Shown here in pieces: positions 49,515 through 59,297 of a DNA stretch of 64,000 nucleotides. The notes below the pieces were generated by a model. The model saw only the letters and a program-made list of their open reading frames with translations. It was not told the origin of the DNA and did not search any database. The position numbers were made by a program, and so were the translations under genes. Numbering within the stretch: position 1 is the first letter of the stretch; each line of letters opens with the position of its first letter. The DNA comes from Acidaminococcales bacterium (GTDB lineage Bacteria; Bacillota; Negativicutes; Acidaminococcales; JAISLQ01): positions 4,107-68,106 of the forward strand of contig JAVBNN010000030.1 of NCBI GenBank assembly GCA_031551525.1. The letters run 5' to 3'.

Positions 49515-50258
49515 TCAAAATTCTATTGCCAATCCATCATGCGCGCAGTGAAAACCTTTGAGTTCGTTGTCGAGGCGTCCCAGCATTTCGGCGCTCATAT
49601 GGGTGAGCACAAGTTTTTTGGGGTCTATATCCTCCAGATGTGCGGATAAAGAATCAAGATCCAGGTGGAACTTCACCTTGCGGTCAAAGTAGTAGGCTTC
49701 CGCGACAAAGATATCCGCATTTTTTCCACATTCGGAGAGTTTATCGATCCAGTTGGTATCACCAGTATAGGCCAGAATTTTCCCGTCTGTTATTATGCGC
49801 AGAGCCAGTGACGGGCTGCCGCTCGGGTGTTCCACGGCGTAACAGGTGACGCTGATATTTCCCGCTTGCGAAGATTCTTCCGGCTGCAGCTCGTTTATGG
49901 TAAATTCAAATTTTTTCGCGCTGCCGGCCGAACCGGGAAAGAATGTATCCATGGCGGACAGTATGCGCTCTTTGCAGCCGGGCGGACCGTATATGGCGAG
50001 CGGTGCGGTGCGCTTGCTGACCAGCTGGGCATCCAGGATAAAAAAAGGTATGCCGCCAAAATGGTCGCCGTGCAGATGAGAAATAAAGATAGTAGAAATG
50101 GTGTTGGGATCGACGGCAAACTTTCTTATCCCAATCATGACCGTACAGCCGCAGTCTATCAAAAAAGAGTCGCCGCCGGATTCCACAAGCATGGATGTCT
50201 GCAGCCGCCCTCCGCTGCCGAAAGCGTCGCCACTACCGAGAAAGGTCAGTTTAGCCAT
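49515..50258 (-). CDS. MBL-fold metallohydrolase (RNase Z/BN-like)
   Basis: LTFLGSGDAF, LIDCG, SHLHGDHFGG, VEH, YTGDT, LTH. Confidence 0.88.
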   Translation of the reverse strand: MAKLTFLGSGDAFGSGGRLQTSMLVESGGDSFLIDCGCTVMIGIRKFAVDPNTISTIFISHLHGDHFGGIPFFILDAQLVSKRTAPLAIYGPPGCKERILSAMDTFFPGSAGSAKKFEFTINELQPEESSQAGNISVTCYAVEHPSGSPSLALRIITDGKILAYTGDTNWIDKLSECGKNADIFVAEAYYFDRKVKFHLDLDSLSAHLEDIDPKKLVLTHMSAEMLGRLDNELKGFHCAHDGLAIEF

Positions 50259-50289
50259 GTTGCCCACCTCACATTTGTTTGTTTATAGC

Positions 50290-50796
50290 TCACTCAGTCT
50301 TATAAGCCGCTAGAATCTCACCATAAAACATAATGTGCATATCTTCATCGCTGTACCATTTTTCCGCCAGACTGCTTTCCAAAGTAGTTTTTTGCATAGG
50401 CTGGTGGTAGACAGTACGGCATTCTATCTGGAGGAACTGCCCTTCTATAACCGGTACGGGCACGGACACAGCCGGCAGGGTATGGATGTCGCCGACGGCG
50501 AATTTATTCACATAGCGACCGCTACGGGTGCCACACAGCGCCAAAGCTGCTTTGTACTCATCGGTCAACGGCACGCTGGCGGTGAAATGGTCGCTAGGCT
50601 CCAAAAGGGTATAAGTATGCCGGGACTGGCGCACCATCACAGTAAATACGGGTAGTCCCCACATATAGCCGATGCTGCCCCAGCCGATGGTCATGACGTT
50701 TTGGCGGTCACGGTTGGCGACCGTAAGGAACGCCCCGCGCTGGCCGATGGTCTCGGCAACGATCTTGCTGATTTCCGGGAGGTTGATGTTTTCCAT
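50290..50796 (-). CDS. flavin reductase family protein
   Basis: NVMTIGWGSIG, VRQSRHT, CGTRSGR, H.MFYGEI. Confidence 0.88.
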   Translation of the reverse strand: MENINLPEISKIVAETIGQRGAFLTVANRDRQNVMTIGWGSIGYMWGLPVFTVMVRQSRHTYTLLEPSDHFTASVPLTDEYKAALALCGTRSGRYVNKFAVGDIHTLPAVSVPVPVIEGQFLQIECRTVYHQPMQKTTLESSLAEKWYSDEDMHIMFYGEILAAYKTE

Positions 50797-50989
50797 AGTT
50801 GTTTCACTTCTTTCTGTGCCAGGCCGCTGTGCTAGGCACAGAAAAATACACCTTGGCTCTTTAAGCTTGCGTTACAAATATAATACAATAATGCAGTGGC
50901 AAGTGCAAGAAAATGCTGTAGCATTGTTGTTTAAAGAGAAGTTTTTTGTTAATATTAATGTATATCAGCTAACGAGGGGAGAGAATACT

Positions 50990-52249
50990 TTGTCCGATAT
51001 AAGACCTTTCCGGGCATTGCGCCCGCAGGCGGAACTGGCGGAAAACATCGCCGCTCTGCCCTATGATGTTATGGATACCGAAGAAGCCCGCGCCATACTG
51101 GCGAACAATCCGTTGAGTTTTTTGCGGGTCACGAAGTCGGAGGCAGACTTGCCGCAAGGTATAGACGCCCATTCCGAGGCCGTTTATCAAAGAGCCCGTG
51201 AAAATATCGGAGGCTATCAGCTCAACGGGCAAATGTCGGTGGACGAAAACCCGTATTTTTATGTGTATAAGCAAAATATGGGCGTCCACGAACAAATCGG
51301 TTTGGTAGCCGCCGCCTCGGTGGAGGAGTACCGCCAGGGGAAAATAAAAAAACATGAACTGACCCGACCGGACAAGGAAGACGACCGCGTGCGGCATATC
51401 AAGTATACGGCGGCCCAGACCGGGGCGGTCTTTCTCACCTATAAAGCGGTTCCGGCGATCGACCGCATCATCGCCGATATCGTCGCCAGAACGCGGCCTG
51501 TCTATGCTTTTAAAGCTGATGACGGCATATCCCATACGCTTTACGTGGTGGACAGCGCAGAAGATATAGCGGTTATCAGGGCGGTTTTCGCCGCCGTGGA
51601 CGCGCTTTATATTGCGGACGGACACCATCGTTCAGCGGCGGCGCTCCGGGTGGCCGATCTGTGCCGGGCCAATAATCCGGCGCATACCGGCGAGGAAGAA
51701 TACAACTATTTTCTCTCCGTGATTTTTCCCGATAATATGATGCAGATACTCGACTATAACCGGGTGGTAAAAGATTTGGCCGGGCTTTCTGCCGAAGAAT
51801 TTTTGAAAAAAACGGGCGAACGGTTTTTAGTCGAAAAATTGCCTGCCCAGGGCAAGCCGCCCGCTTTGCACGATTTTGCCATGTACCTGGCGGGCGACTG
51901 GTACAAACTTTCTGCCAAAACCGATAGTTTTGACGGGAAAGACCCGGTTGGTGCTCTCGATGTGAGCATACTGCAAAACAATCTTCTGTGCCCTGTTTTA
52001 GGCATCAAAGACCCGCGCACCGACCAACGGATAGGTTTTGTCGGCGGTATCCGCGGTCTCGGTGAACTAAAAAAACTTGTAGATAGCGGCGCGTTTGCCG
52101 TAGCTTTCGCTCTTTACCCAACTTCTATGCGGGAGCTTATGGCGATAGCAGACTCCGGGGAGATCATGCCGCCTAAATCCACCTGGTTCGAACCAAAACT
52201 GCGTGACGCGATGGCGGTGCATCTTATTGAAGAAGAATATTGCAAATAA
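50990..52249 (+). CDS. DUF1015 family protein
   Basis: IRPFRALRP, LPYDV, IKKHELTR, YIADGHHRSA, MPPKSTWFEPKL; RBS GAGGGGAG before TTG 50990. Confidence 0.9.
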   Translation: MSDIRPFRALRPQAELAENIAALPYDVMDTEEARAILANNPLSFLRVTKSEADLPQGIDAHSEAVYQRARENIGGYQLNGQMSVDENPYFYVYKQNMGVHEQIGLVAAASVEEYRQGKIKKHELTRPDKEDDRVRHIKYTAAQTGAVFLTYKAVPAIDRIIADIVARTRPVYAFKADDGISHTLYVVDSAEDIAVIRAVFAAVDALYIADGHHRSAAALRVADLCRANNPAHTGEEEYNYFLSVIFPDNMMQILDYNRVVKDLAGLSAEEFLKKTGERFLVEKLPAQGKPPALHDFAMYLAGDWYKLSAKTDSFDGKDPVGALDVSILQNNLLCPVLGIKDPRTDQRIGFVGGIRGLGELKKLVDSGAFAVAFALYPTSMRELMAIADSGEIMPPKSTWFEPKLRDAMAVHLIEEEYCK

Positions 52250-52264
52250 AAGGTGGTACAATAT

Positions 52265-53350
52265 ATGGCAAGAATATATAATTTCAGCGCCGGCCCGGCT
52301 ACTTTGCCGATAGAGATACTCGAAGAAGTGCGGGCGGAGTTTTTAGACTACCAGCAAAGCGGCATGTCCATCATAGAGATGAGCCACCGCACGCCACCCT
52401 ATGAAGAACTGAACGCACAGGCGGAAAAAGATCTAAAAGAACTATTGGGCCTCGCAGACGACTACCGGGTACTCTTTATGACTGGCGGCGCCACCACTCA
52501 GTTTTCACTTGTGCCGATGAACCTTTTGGGGGCCGGACAGACCGCCGACTATGTGGTCACCGGCATGTTCGCCCAAAAAGCCTGGCAGCAGGCACAACGA
52601 GTGGGTAAAACGCACGTCGCCGCCGACCTGGCCGCCGGAGGTTTCAGGCGGGTACCGCAAATAAGTGAACTGGATTTTAGCCCAGACCCAGACTATGTAC
52701 ACATAACGACTAACAATACCATCTATGGGACGGCCTGGCGTGACTATCCGCATTTTGGCGTAAAAACGCTGGTCGCCGATATGTCGTCCGACTTTCTCAG
52801 TCAGCCGTTTGCGGCCGACCAGTTTTCCCTTATTTACGCCGGAGCACAAAAAAACCTCGGCCCGGCCGGAGTAACGGTGGTCATCGTCAAAAAAGATCTT
52901 CTGGCGCGCAGCCCGGCAACTTTGCCGGAAGTATTCAGTTATGCCAGCTACGCGAAAAACGATTCACTGTACAATACCCCGCCGGTATTCGCCGTATATT
53001 TTGTGGCCAAAGTGCTCAAATGGCTGAAAGAAAAAGGCGGATTGGCCGCCATGGGCGAGCACAACCGTAAAAAAGCCGCATTTATCTATGACGCGATAGA
53101 CCGCCATCCGGGATTTTTCCGCGGGCATGCCGAGCCGGACAGCCGCTCCATAATGAACGCTACTTTCCGGTTGCCGGACGAAAAGCTTGAGGAAGAATTT
53201 GTTCGCCAGGCGCAAGCCAAAGGCTTCGTCGGGGTCAAAGGGCACCGCTCGGTCGGCGGTATGCGTATCTCTATGTACAATGCCATGCCGCTTGACGGCT
53301 GCGAAAAACTGGCGCAGTTCATGGAAGATTTTTACAAAAGCAAAGCTTAA
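52265..53350 (+). CDS. serC: phosphoserine aminotransferase
   Basis: YNFSAGPA, EMSHR, NNTIYG, DMSS, AGAQKNLGPAG, NTPP, GHRSVGGMR. Confidence 0.96.
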   Translation: MARIYNFSAGPATLPIEILEEVRAEFLDYQQSGMSIIEMSHRTPPYEELNAQAEKDLKELLGLADDYRVLFMTGGATTQFSLVPMNLLGAGQTADYVVTGMFAQKAWQQAQRVGKTHVAADLAAGGFRRVPQISELDFSPDPDYVHITTNNTIYGTAWRDYPHFGVKTLVADMSSDFLSQPFAADQFSLIYAGAQKNLGPAGVTVVIVKKDLLARSPATLPEVFSYASYAKNDSLYNTPPVFAVYFVAKVLKWLKEKGGLAAMGEHNRKKAAFIYDAIDRHPGFFRGHAEPDSRSIMNATFRLPDEKLEEEFVRQAQAKGFVGVKGHRSVGGMRISMYNAMPLDGCEKLAQFMEDFYKSKA

Positions 53351-53368
53351 GAAAAAAGGTGGTGTATC

Positions 53369-54229
53369 ATGTACGATATAGCTATCATCGGCGGAGGGCC
53401 CGCCGGGCTATCCGCGGCTTTGACCGCCCGGGCGCGCAACAAGACGGTGGCGCTATTTGAACCGCGCGGTTTCAGTCCGAAACTCAGTAAGGCGCATCAG
53501 ATAGATAACTACCTTGGGCTGCCCTCACTCAGCGGCAAAGAACTGATGGAGGCTTTCGTCAAGCAGGTGCAAAGCCGCCAACCGGATATCATCGAAGAGA
53601 AAGTCGTAAATATTTTCCCGGGCGATGAATTTACCATCATGACCGGCCAAAATACCTATCGGGCGGGAGCGGTCATCATCACCACCGGCGCGCCGTCCGG
53701 CCAGCAGTATCCCGGTGAAAGCGAGCTATTGGGCCGTGGGGTGAGTTATTGCGCTACCTGCGACGGGATGTTTTTCAAAGGTAAAAAGGTGGCGGTGATC
53801 GCCAGCCTGCCGGAAAGCGAAGAAGAAACGGAGTTTTTGGCGGATATTTGTACCGAAGTGCTGTATATACCGCTTTATAAAGGAGAATATCCGAAAAAAG
53901 CCAACCTGCGCATAATAAAAAGCACGCCGCTTGCCATAATCGGGCAAGACAGCGTGCAGGAGATAGAAACGGGAAACGGCCGGGAACAAGTAGACGGGGT
54001 ATTTATCTTCCGTGACAGCGAACCGTTGGAAAGCATACTTCCGACGCTCGAATTGTCGGAAAAACTGATAAAAGTCGATATCGACATGAAAAGCAGTATA
54101 CCGGGTGTATTTGCTGCCGGGGATTGTACGGGCCGCCCCTGGCAGATCAACCGGGCCGCCGGGCAGGGGCAAGTCGCGGCGCTGAGCGCGGTCGCCTTTT
54201 TGGCACAAAAACCGGTCAGCGGCGCTTAG
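53369..54229 (+). CDS. thioredoxin reductase-like flavoprotein (probably ferredoxin-dependent type)
   Basis: IIGGGPAGLSAA, GVSYCATCDG, GVFAAGDC; NADPH-binding GGGxxA motif absent. Confidence 0.85.
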   Translation: MYDIAIIGGGPAGLSAALTARARNKTVALFEPRGFSPKLSKAHQIDNYLGLPSLSGKELMEAFVKQVQSRQPDIIEEKVVNIFPGDEFTIMTGQNTYRAGAVIITTGAPSGQQYPGESELLGRGVSYCATCDGMFFKGKKVAVIASLPESEEETEFLADICTEVLYIPLYKGEYPKKANLRIIKSTPLAIIGQDSVQEIETGNGREQVDGVFIFRDSEPLESILPTLELSEKLIKVDIDMKSSIPGVFAAGDCTGRPWQINRAAGQGQVAALSAVAFLAQKPVSGA

Positions 54230-54872
54230 GAAATATCTCGAACAGGTCGGGTGGCGGATCGCTGGCGAACACATAGCCCGGCCGCTCGGCTTGGCATTTT
54301 TCCAATGCCGCTTTCAGATCATAATAGACCTCCCACTTGGACTGTTTTAAGCTGTCGCCACTGAGACGCAACAGATAGGCAGGGTGGTAGGTGGTGATGG
54401 CCGGGATACCGCCTTTGGTGGTAAACCAACGCCCCCGGTCTTTGGTAATGCGTTTATCCGGGTGGTCGAGATAGTGCATGGCCACACTGCCAAGGGCGAC
54501 CACTACCGCCGGGTTGATGATGGCCAGCTCTTTTTCCAGCCAGCGGTCAGCGCAAAAGGCCGCCGAGACAATATTAGGTGTTTTATTGTTTTTCGGCCGA
54601 CATTTTATCGTATTGGTCGTAAGCACACGGTCGCGCGTTACCCCCAAAGAGGCCAGCGCCTTGTTCAGAAGTTGCCCGGAAGGGCCGATCAGCGGGCAAC
54701 CGTGTTGGTCTTCCACCATGCCGGGACCTTCGCCCACGATAACAAGTGGGCTGTCGGGGTTGCCGTACCAGCCGACCGGCGCGATGCATTCCGCCCGCAG
54801 TTCGCAGGCAGTGCAGCCGCAGAGTTGTCGGCCCAGTTCATCGAGCGTGTCCGCTTCGGGAAAAAGTTCCAT
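54216..54872 (-). CDS. uracil-DNA glycosylase family 4
   Basis: CxxCxL, VGEGPG..ED, GPSGQLL, KCRP..N, TYHPAYLLR. Confidence 0.92.
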   Translation of the reverse strand: MELFPEADTLDELGRQLCGCTACELRAECIAPVGWYGNPDSPLVIVGEGPGMVEDQHGCPLIGPSGQLLNKALASLGVTRDRVLTTNTIKCRPKNNKTPNIVSAAFCADRWLEKELAIINPAVVVALGSVAMHYLDHPDKRITKDRGRWFTTKGGIPAITTYHPAYLLRLSGDSLKQSKWEVYYDLKAALEKCQAERPGYVFASDPPPDLFEIFPKRR

Positions 54873-54908
54873 ACACTTCACCCCATACAATTGATTTCGG
54901 ATATAATA

Positions 54909-54933
54909 ATTCGGGAGAAATTTTTACTATCCT
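54909..54933 (-). promoter_or_regulatory. sigmaH-like promoter of udg
   Basis: minus strand GCAGGA-N17-GAAT. Confidence 0.5.
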
Positions 54934-55015
54934 GCTTTTGCTTTAATGTTGAACACAAATAATGGTTTTATGGTAAAATGAAAAATAGTCAGTTGTGCAG
55001 CGAGAGGAGACCGTT

Positions 55016-56284
55016 ATGCTGGATATCAAGTTTATCAGGGAAAATACTAAGGTTGTGGAAGACGCGCTGAAAAACCGCAATATGCCTCTGGCGCTGGACG
55101 GTTTTTTGCAGCTAGAAAAAGACCGCCGGGGCATACTGACCGCGGTGGAGGCATTAAAAAGCGAACGCAACCAGGCGTCCCAAGAGATCAGCCAGATCAA
55201 AAAAGCCGGTGGGGACGCAGATGATAAAATAGCGGCCATGCGGGCCGTGGGCGACAAGATAGCCGCACTTGACGGTCAACTACGCGAAATGGAGGAACAG
55301 CTGACCGCGCTGGTGATGAATATACCCAATCTGCCGCATAAAAGCGTGCCGGTGGGCAAAGACGAGCATGACAACGCAGAGATGCGCAAGTGGGGCGAGC
55401 CGACGCAGTTTTTCTTTGAGCCGAAAGGTCACTGGGAGATCGGTGAAAAGCTCAATATCCTTGATTTTGAACGGGCGGCTAAAGTAACCGGAGCGCGCTT
55501 TACCTTTTATCGCGGCTTGGGCGCACGTCTTGAGCGTTCTTTGATCAACTTTATGCTGGACCTACATACCAGGGAGCACGGTTATACGGAGTTTTTCCCA
55601 CCCTTTATCGTCAACCGGGAGAGCATGACCGGCACCGGGCAACTGCCGAAATTTGAAGCAGACGCTTTTAAACTGGAGGGTCTTGACTATTTCCTCATAC
55701 CGACAGCCGAAGTGCCGGTGACCAATCTACACCGCGGCGAGATAATGCCTGTTGCCGAGCTGCCGCTTCACTATGTGGCTTACAGCGCCTGTTTCAGGAG
55801 CGAAGCCGGAGCCGCCGGGCGAGACACGCGCGGCCTGATTCGCCAGCATCAGTTCAACAAGGTGGAATTGGTAAAATTCACCCTGCCGGAAAACTCCTAT
55901 GACGAACTGGAACAACTTACCGCCAACGCGGAAAAAGTGCTGCAACTGCTAGATTTGCCGTACCGCGTCATCAAACTTTGCACGGGCGATATGGGTTTCA
56001 CCTCCGCCATGACTTACGATATAGAAGTTTGGCTGCCCAGTCAGGGCTGCTACCGGGAAATATCTTCCTGTTCGAATTTCGAGGACTTTCAGGCTCGCCG
56101 AGCCGATATACGCTTTAGGCGTGACAGCAAGGCCAAACCGGAATATGTGCATACCCTGAACGGCTCGGGGCTGGCTATCGGACGTACGGTCTCGGCTATT
56201 TTGGAAAACTGCCAACAACCTGACGGCTCGGTGGTAATACCGGAAGTTTTGCGGCCTTATATGGGCGTAGACGTGATAAAGTAA
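55016..56284 (+). CDS. serS: serine--tRNA ligase
   Basis: [50 protein letters not shown]. Confidence 0.98.
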   Translation: MLDIKFIRENTKVVEDALKNRNMPLALDGFLQLEKDRRGILTAVEALKSERNQASQEISQIKKAGGDADDKIAAMRAVGDKIAALDGQLREMEEQLTALVMNIPNLPHKSVPVGKDEHDNAEMRKWGEPTQFFFEPKGHWEIGEKLNILDFERAAKVTGARFTFYRGLGARLERSLINFMLDLHTREHGYTEFFPPFIVNRESMTGTGQLPKFEADAFKLEGLDYFLIPTAEVPVTNLHRGEIMPVAELPLHYVAYSACFRSEAGAAGRDTRGLIRQHQFNKVELVKFTLPENSYDELEQLTANAEKVLQLLDLPYRVIKLCTGDMGFTSAMTYDIEVWLPSQGCYREISSCSNFEDFQARRADIRFRRDSKAKPEYVHTLNGSGLAIGRTVSAILENCQQPDGSVVIPEVLRPYMGVDVIK

Positions 56285-56299
56285 TGTAAAAACGCTTAA

Positions 56300-56333
56300 A
56301 CTGCCGCCCCGACCGGGGCGGCAGTGTGTTTTT
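56300..56333 (+). terminator. terminator after serS
   Basis: ACTGCCGCCCC-GACC-GGGGCGGCAGT-GTGTTTTT. Confidence 0.8.
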
Positions 56334-56527
56334 GCCGCAAGATAAAAAACAAAAGCGGCTGTTTAGATAAAAAACACGTTTCGCCAGGTGAATACTGAAT
56401 AAATTGCGTGTTAAAAAATTTTTTTTTGCCTATTGCACTTTCCTCGTTTTGTGGTACAATCTATTATGATATTAAACATTACGGTCAATGTTGCTAAACA
56501 ACGATTTTGATTTAGGGGAGAGTGGCC

Positions 56528-57703
56528 ATGAAAAACAACAGTTATTTTCGTTTGTCGCGTAATGCGGTAGAATGTCTTGCGGATGCCTGTGGCACGCCGC
56601 TTTTAGTCTTATCGCTCGAACAGATCGAGAATAACTATAGTTTTCTGAAGTCGCACATGCCGCGCGTAAAAATACACTACGCAGTGAAAGCAAACCCCGA
56701 CTCCCGCATAGTGGAGAGGATCTCCGCTTTGGGCGGCAGCTTCGACGTAGCATCCGACGGGGAGATAAAAGAACTGAGTGCTATGGGTATAGAAGGCCAT
56801 CGCCTGCTGTATGCCAATCCCTTTAAAACCGCTGCCGGTCTTGACGCCTGCCGCGAGGCTGGTGTTACGAGATTTACTTTTGACAGCGCCAGTGAACTGA
56901 CCAAAATTGCCCAGTCCTGTCCGGGCGCTTCGGTGCTTCTCCGGGTGCGTATAGATAATACGGGTGCTTTGGTTGATCTGAACAAAAAATTTGGTGCGTC
57001 GCCCTCTGAAACGGTATCTCTCTTGAAACTGGCTGGCGATGTAGGGCTGAATCCAGTGGGGCTATGTTTCCATGTCGGCAGCCAGACTACTTCGGCAGAA
57101 CCGTATATCCGCGCCCTGACCCAGTGCCGAGAGTTGTTTGATCAGGCGCGGGCTGCCGGATATGACCTTAAGGTGCTGGATATTGGCGGCGGCTATCCTG
57201 TTCCCAGTTTGGTGGAGGATGTAGACGCCGACGAAATGTTTACTGAAATAAACGATAAAATAGAAGAACTTTTCTCGGAGACGGAGATATGGTCGGAGCC
57301 CGGCCGTTTTATCTGCGCGACTGCGGTGAATATGATTACTAAAGTCATCGGTGTGACCGAACGCAATGACCAAGCATGGTATTTTCTTGATGAGGGAGTA
57401 TACGGGACCTTTTCTGGCGTGCTGTTTGACCACTGGGCTTATGATTTTATCAGCTTTAAAGAAGGCATAGCCATACCGGCTACTTTTGCCGGACCTAGTT
57501 GCGATTCGCTTGATGTAATCGCCTGTGAGCGTTTGACTGTGCCGCTGGCGATGGAAGATATACTTTTAGTGCCGGCTTGTGGCGCGTATTCCTCAGCATC
57601 GGCCACTACTTTTAACGGTTTTTCGAGAGCGCAAACCGTGGTTTGGGAAGAGGTCAGCGAACAACTGGGTTTGTCGGAACTCTGCTTTGCTCCGGCGGTC
57701 TGA
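56528..57703 (+). CDS. fold-type III PLP lysine/ornithine decarboxylase (Selenomonas Ldc-like)
   Basis: YAVKAN, FDVAS, ALVDLNKKFG, FHVGSQ, LDIGGG, EPGR, GPSCD, FNGF. Confidence 0.9.
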   Translation: MKNNSYFRLSRNAVECLADACGTPLLVLSLEQIENNYSFLKSHMPRVKIHYAVKANPDSRIVERISALGGSFDVASDGEIKELSAMGIEGHRLLYANPFKTAAGLDACREAGVTRFTFDSASELTKIAQSCPGASVLLRVRIDNTGALVDLNKKFGASPSETVSLLKLAGDVGLNPVGLCFHVGSQTTSAEPYIRALTQCRELFDQARAAGYDLKVLDIGGGYPVPSLVEDVDADEMFTEINDKIEELFSETEIWSEPGRFICATAVNMITKVIGVTERNDQAWYFLDEGVYGTFSGVLFDHWAYDFISFKEGIAIPATFAGPSCDSLDVIACERLTVPLAMEDILLVPACGAYSSASATTFNGFSRAQTVVWEEVSEQLGLSELCFAPAV

Positions 57704-57730
57704 GTTTTGGCCAATATGACAATTTCAGAG

Positions 57731-57780
57731 ACCTTTGCGGGCGTGGACAATTATCCCTGCCGGCAAAGGTTTTTCTTTTG
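57731..57780 (+). terminator. intrinsic terminator
   Basis: ACCTTTGC...GCAAAGGT-TTTTCTTTT. Confidence 0.65.
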
Positions 57781-57854
57781 TTGTTAGAAAATACATACTA
57801 TGTTAAAATAATAAAATAGGCTTTTATTATTTTTGGTGGTGTAGATTCGAGGGG

Positions 57855-59297
57855 GTGCGGGCGTTGCGGCATGGCTTGCCTTTTGTGTCCGCTCTTTTAG
57901 CCTATCAAAAAGAAAATGTATATCCTTTTCATACGCCCGGCCACAAAGGAGGTCGGGGCATTTTGCCACAATTTGCCGCGCTGTTCGAAGATGTTTTTGC
58001 GATAGATGTTTCGCTGATGAACGAGCTCGACGACTTGCACAAGCCGGAAACACTTTTACTGGCGGCTCAGGAACTTGCGGCTGAGGTTTACGGTGCGGGG
58101 CACAGTTTTTTTGCTGTAAATGGCACCAGCGGCGCTTTGCAGGCTATGCTCCTAGGAACTCTGCAAGAGGGTGACAAGCTGCTCCTGCCGCGCAACGCGC
58201 ATCGTTCGATCATCGGAGGCCTGATGATAGCAGATGCCCGGCCAATATATTTATGGCCGGAGTTTGATACGGAGTTTGGCATCCCGTTGCAGCCTTCGCC
58301 GGAGGACATAGCAGATGCCTTTGCCAGGCAGCCTGATATAAAAGCGGTTTTACTGACCAGTCCGAGTTATTACGGCGTGGTGGCAGACCTTAAGGCTATC
58401 GCAAAGATCGTACACAAAAATGGCGCGTTGCTGCTGGTGGACGAGGCGCACGGCGCCCATCTGGGTTTTGACAGCCGCCTGCCCGGGTCGGCGTTGCAGG
58501 CGGGCGCGGATGCCGCCGCGCAAAGCACACACAAAATACTCGGGGCGCTTACGCAATGCTCCCTGTTGCATATACAGGGGCCGCGGATCGCCCATGACAA
58601 AGTTGCCCGCGCCATGAGCATGCTAACGACGACCAGCCCCAATCAAATACTGTTGGCCTCTTTGGACGCCGCTTGCTACCAGCTAGCGGTATACAGTAAA
58701 GAGATGCTGGAGCAGGCACTTTATGCCGTCGGTCTGCTGCGCAGTGCAGTGGGCGGAATAACGGGGCTGCGCTTGCTGGCGCGTGAATATATAAATAGCG
58801 CCGGGCCATACGATCTTGACGAAACTAAAGTGCTGATAAATGTAAGAGAAATGGGTTTGTCCGGATTTGCGGTCGCCGATCTTCTGCGCAAAGAAAAAAT
58901 CGCCGTTGAACTGGCCGATCAGGAAAACGTTTTGTTTCTCGTTACTTATGCAGACGCTGAACCGGGCATACGGAACGCTGAAGAGGCTTTGAAGAAAATC
59001 GCCGCCCGGCCGCACAAAGGCGCCCCCGCGGTTATGTTTTGTGATATGCCTAAACCTGAAGCGGCCTTGACGCCGAGGGCGGCATTTCAGAAAAAATCGC
59101 AGCGCATACCTTTGATAGAAGCCGTCGACAGGGTCGCGGCGGAAGAGATCACTTTTTACCCGCCCGGCATACCGCTGGTATTGCCTGGTGAGCGGATAAG
59201 CCCCAGTGTTGTGGATTACTGCCTGGCTTATATGGCCGGAAGCGGCCGGGAAGGCCCAAAATATATCAATGTGGTGTTAGATGATGACAAACAATAA
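57855..59297 (+). CDS. fold-type I Orn/Lys/Arg decarboxylase (YaaO-like)
   Basis: FHTPGHKGG, VNGTS, RNAH, VDEAHG, QSTHK, TTSP, YPPGIP; directly upstream of tmk; exact start uncertain. Confidence 0.9.
   Translation: MRALRHGLPFVSALLAYQKENVYPFHTPGHKGGRGILPQFAALFEDVFAIDVSLMNELDDLHKPETLLLAAQELAAEVYGAGHSFFAVNGTSGALQAMLLGTLQEGDKLLLPRNAHRSIIGGLMIADARPIYLWPEFDTEFGIPLQPSPEDIADAFARQPDIKAVLLTSPSYYGVVADLKAIAKIVHKNGALLLVDEAHGAHLGFDSRLPGSALQAGADAAAQSTHKILGALTQCSLLHIQGPRIAHDKVARAMSMLTTTSPNQILLASLDAACYQLAVYSKEMLEQALYAVGLLRSAVGGITGLRLLAREYINSAGPYDLDETKVLINVREMGLSGFAVADLLRKEKIAVELADQENVLFLVTYADAEPGIRNAEEALKKIAARPHKGAPAVMFCDMPKPEAALTPRAAFQKKSQRIPLIEAVDRVAAEEITFYPPGIPLVLPGERISPSVVDYCLAYMAGSGREGPKYINVVLDDDKQ

Noticed and set aside
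54935-55015. T-box leader upstream of serS
   Set aside because: The leader is too short and lacks the AGGGTGGNACCGCG box and a terminator.
56340-56375. Direct repeat AGATAAAAAAC (two copies)
   Set aside because: Only two low-complexity copies with no spacer array; not CRISPR and not distinguishable from chance.
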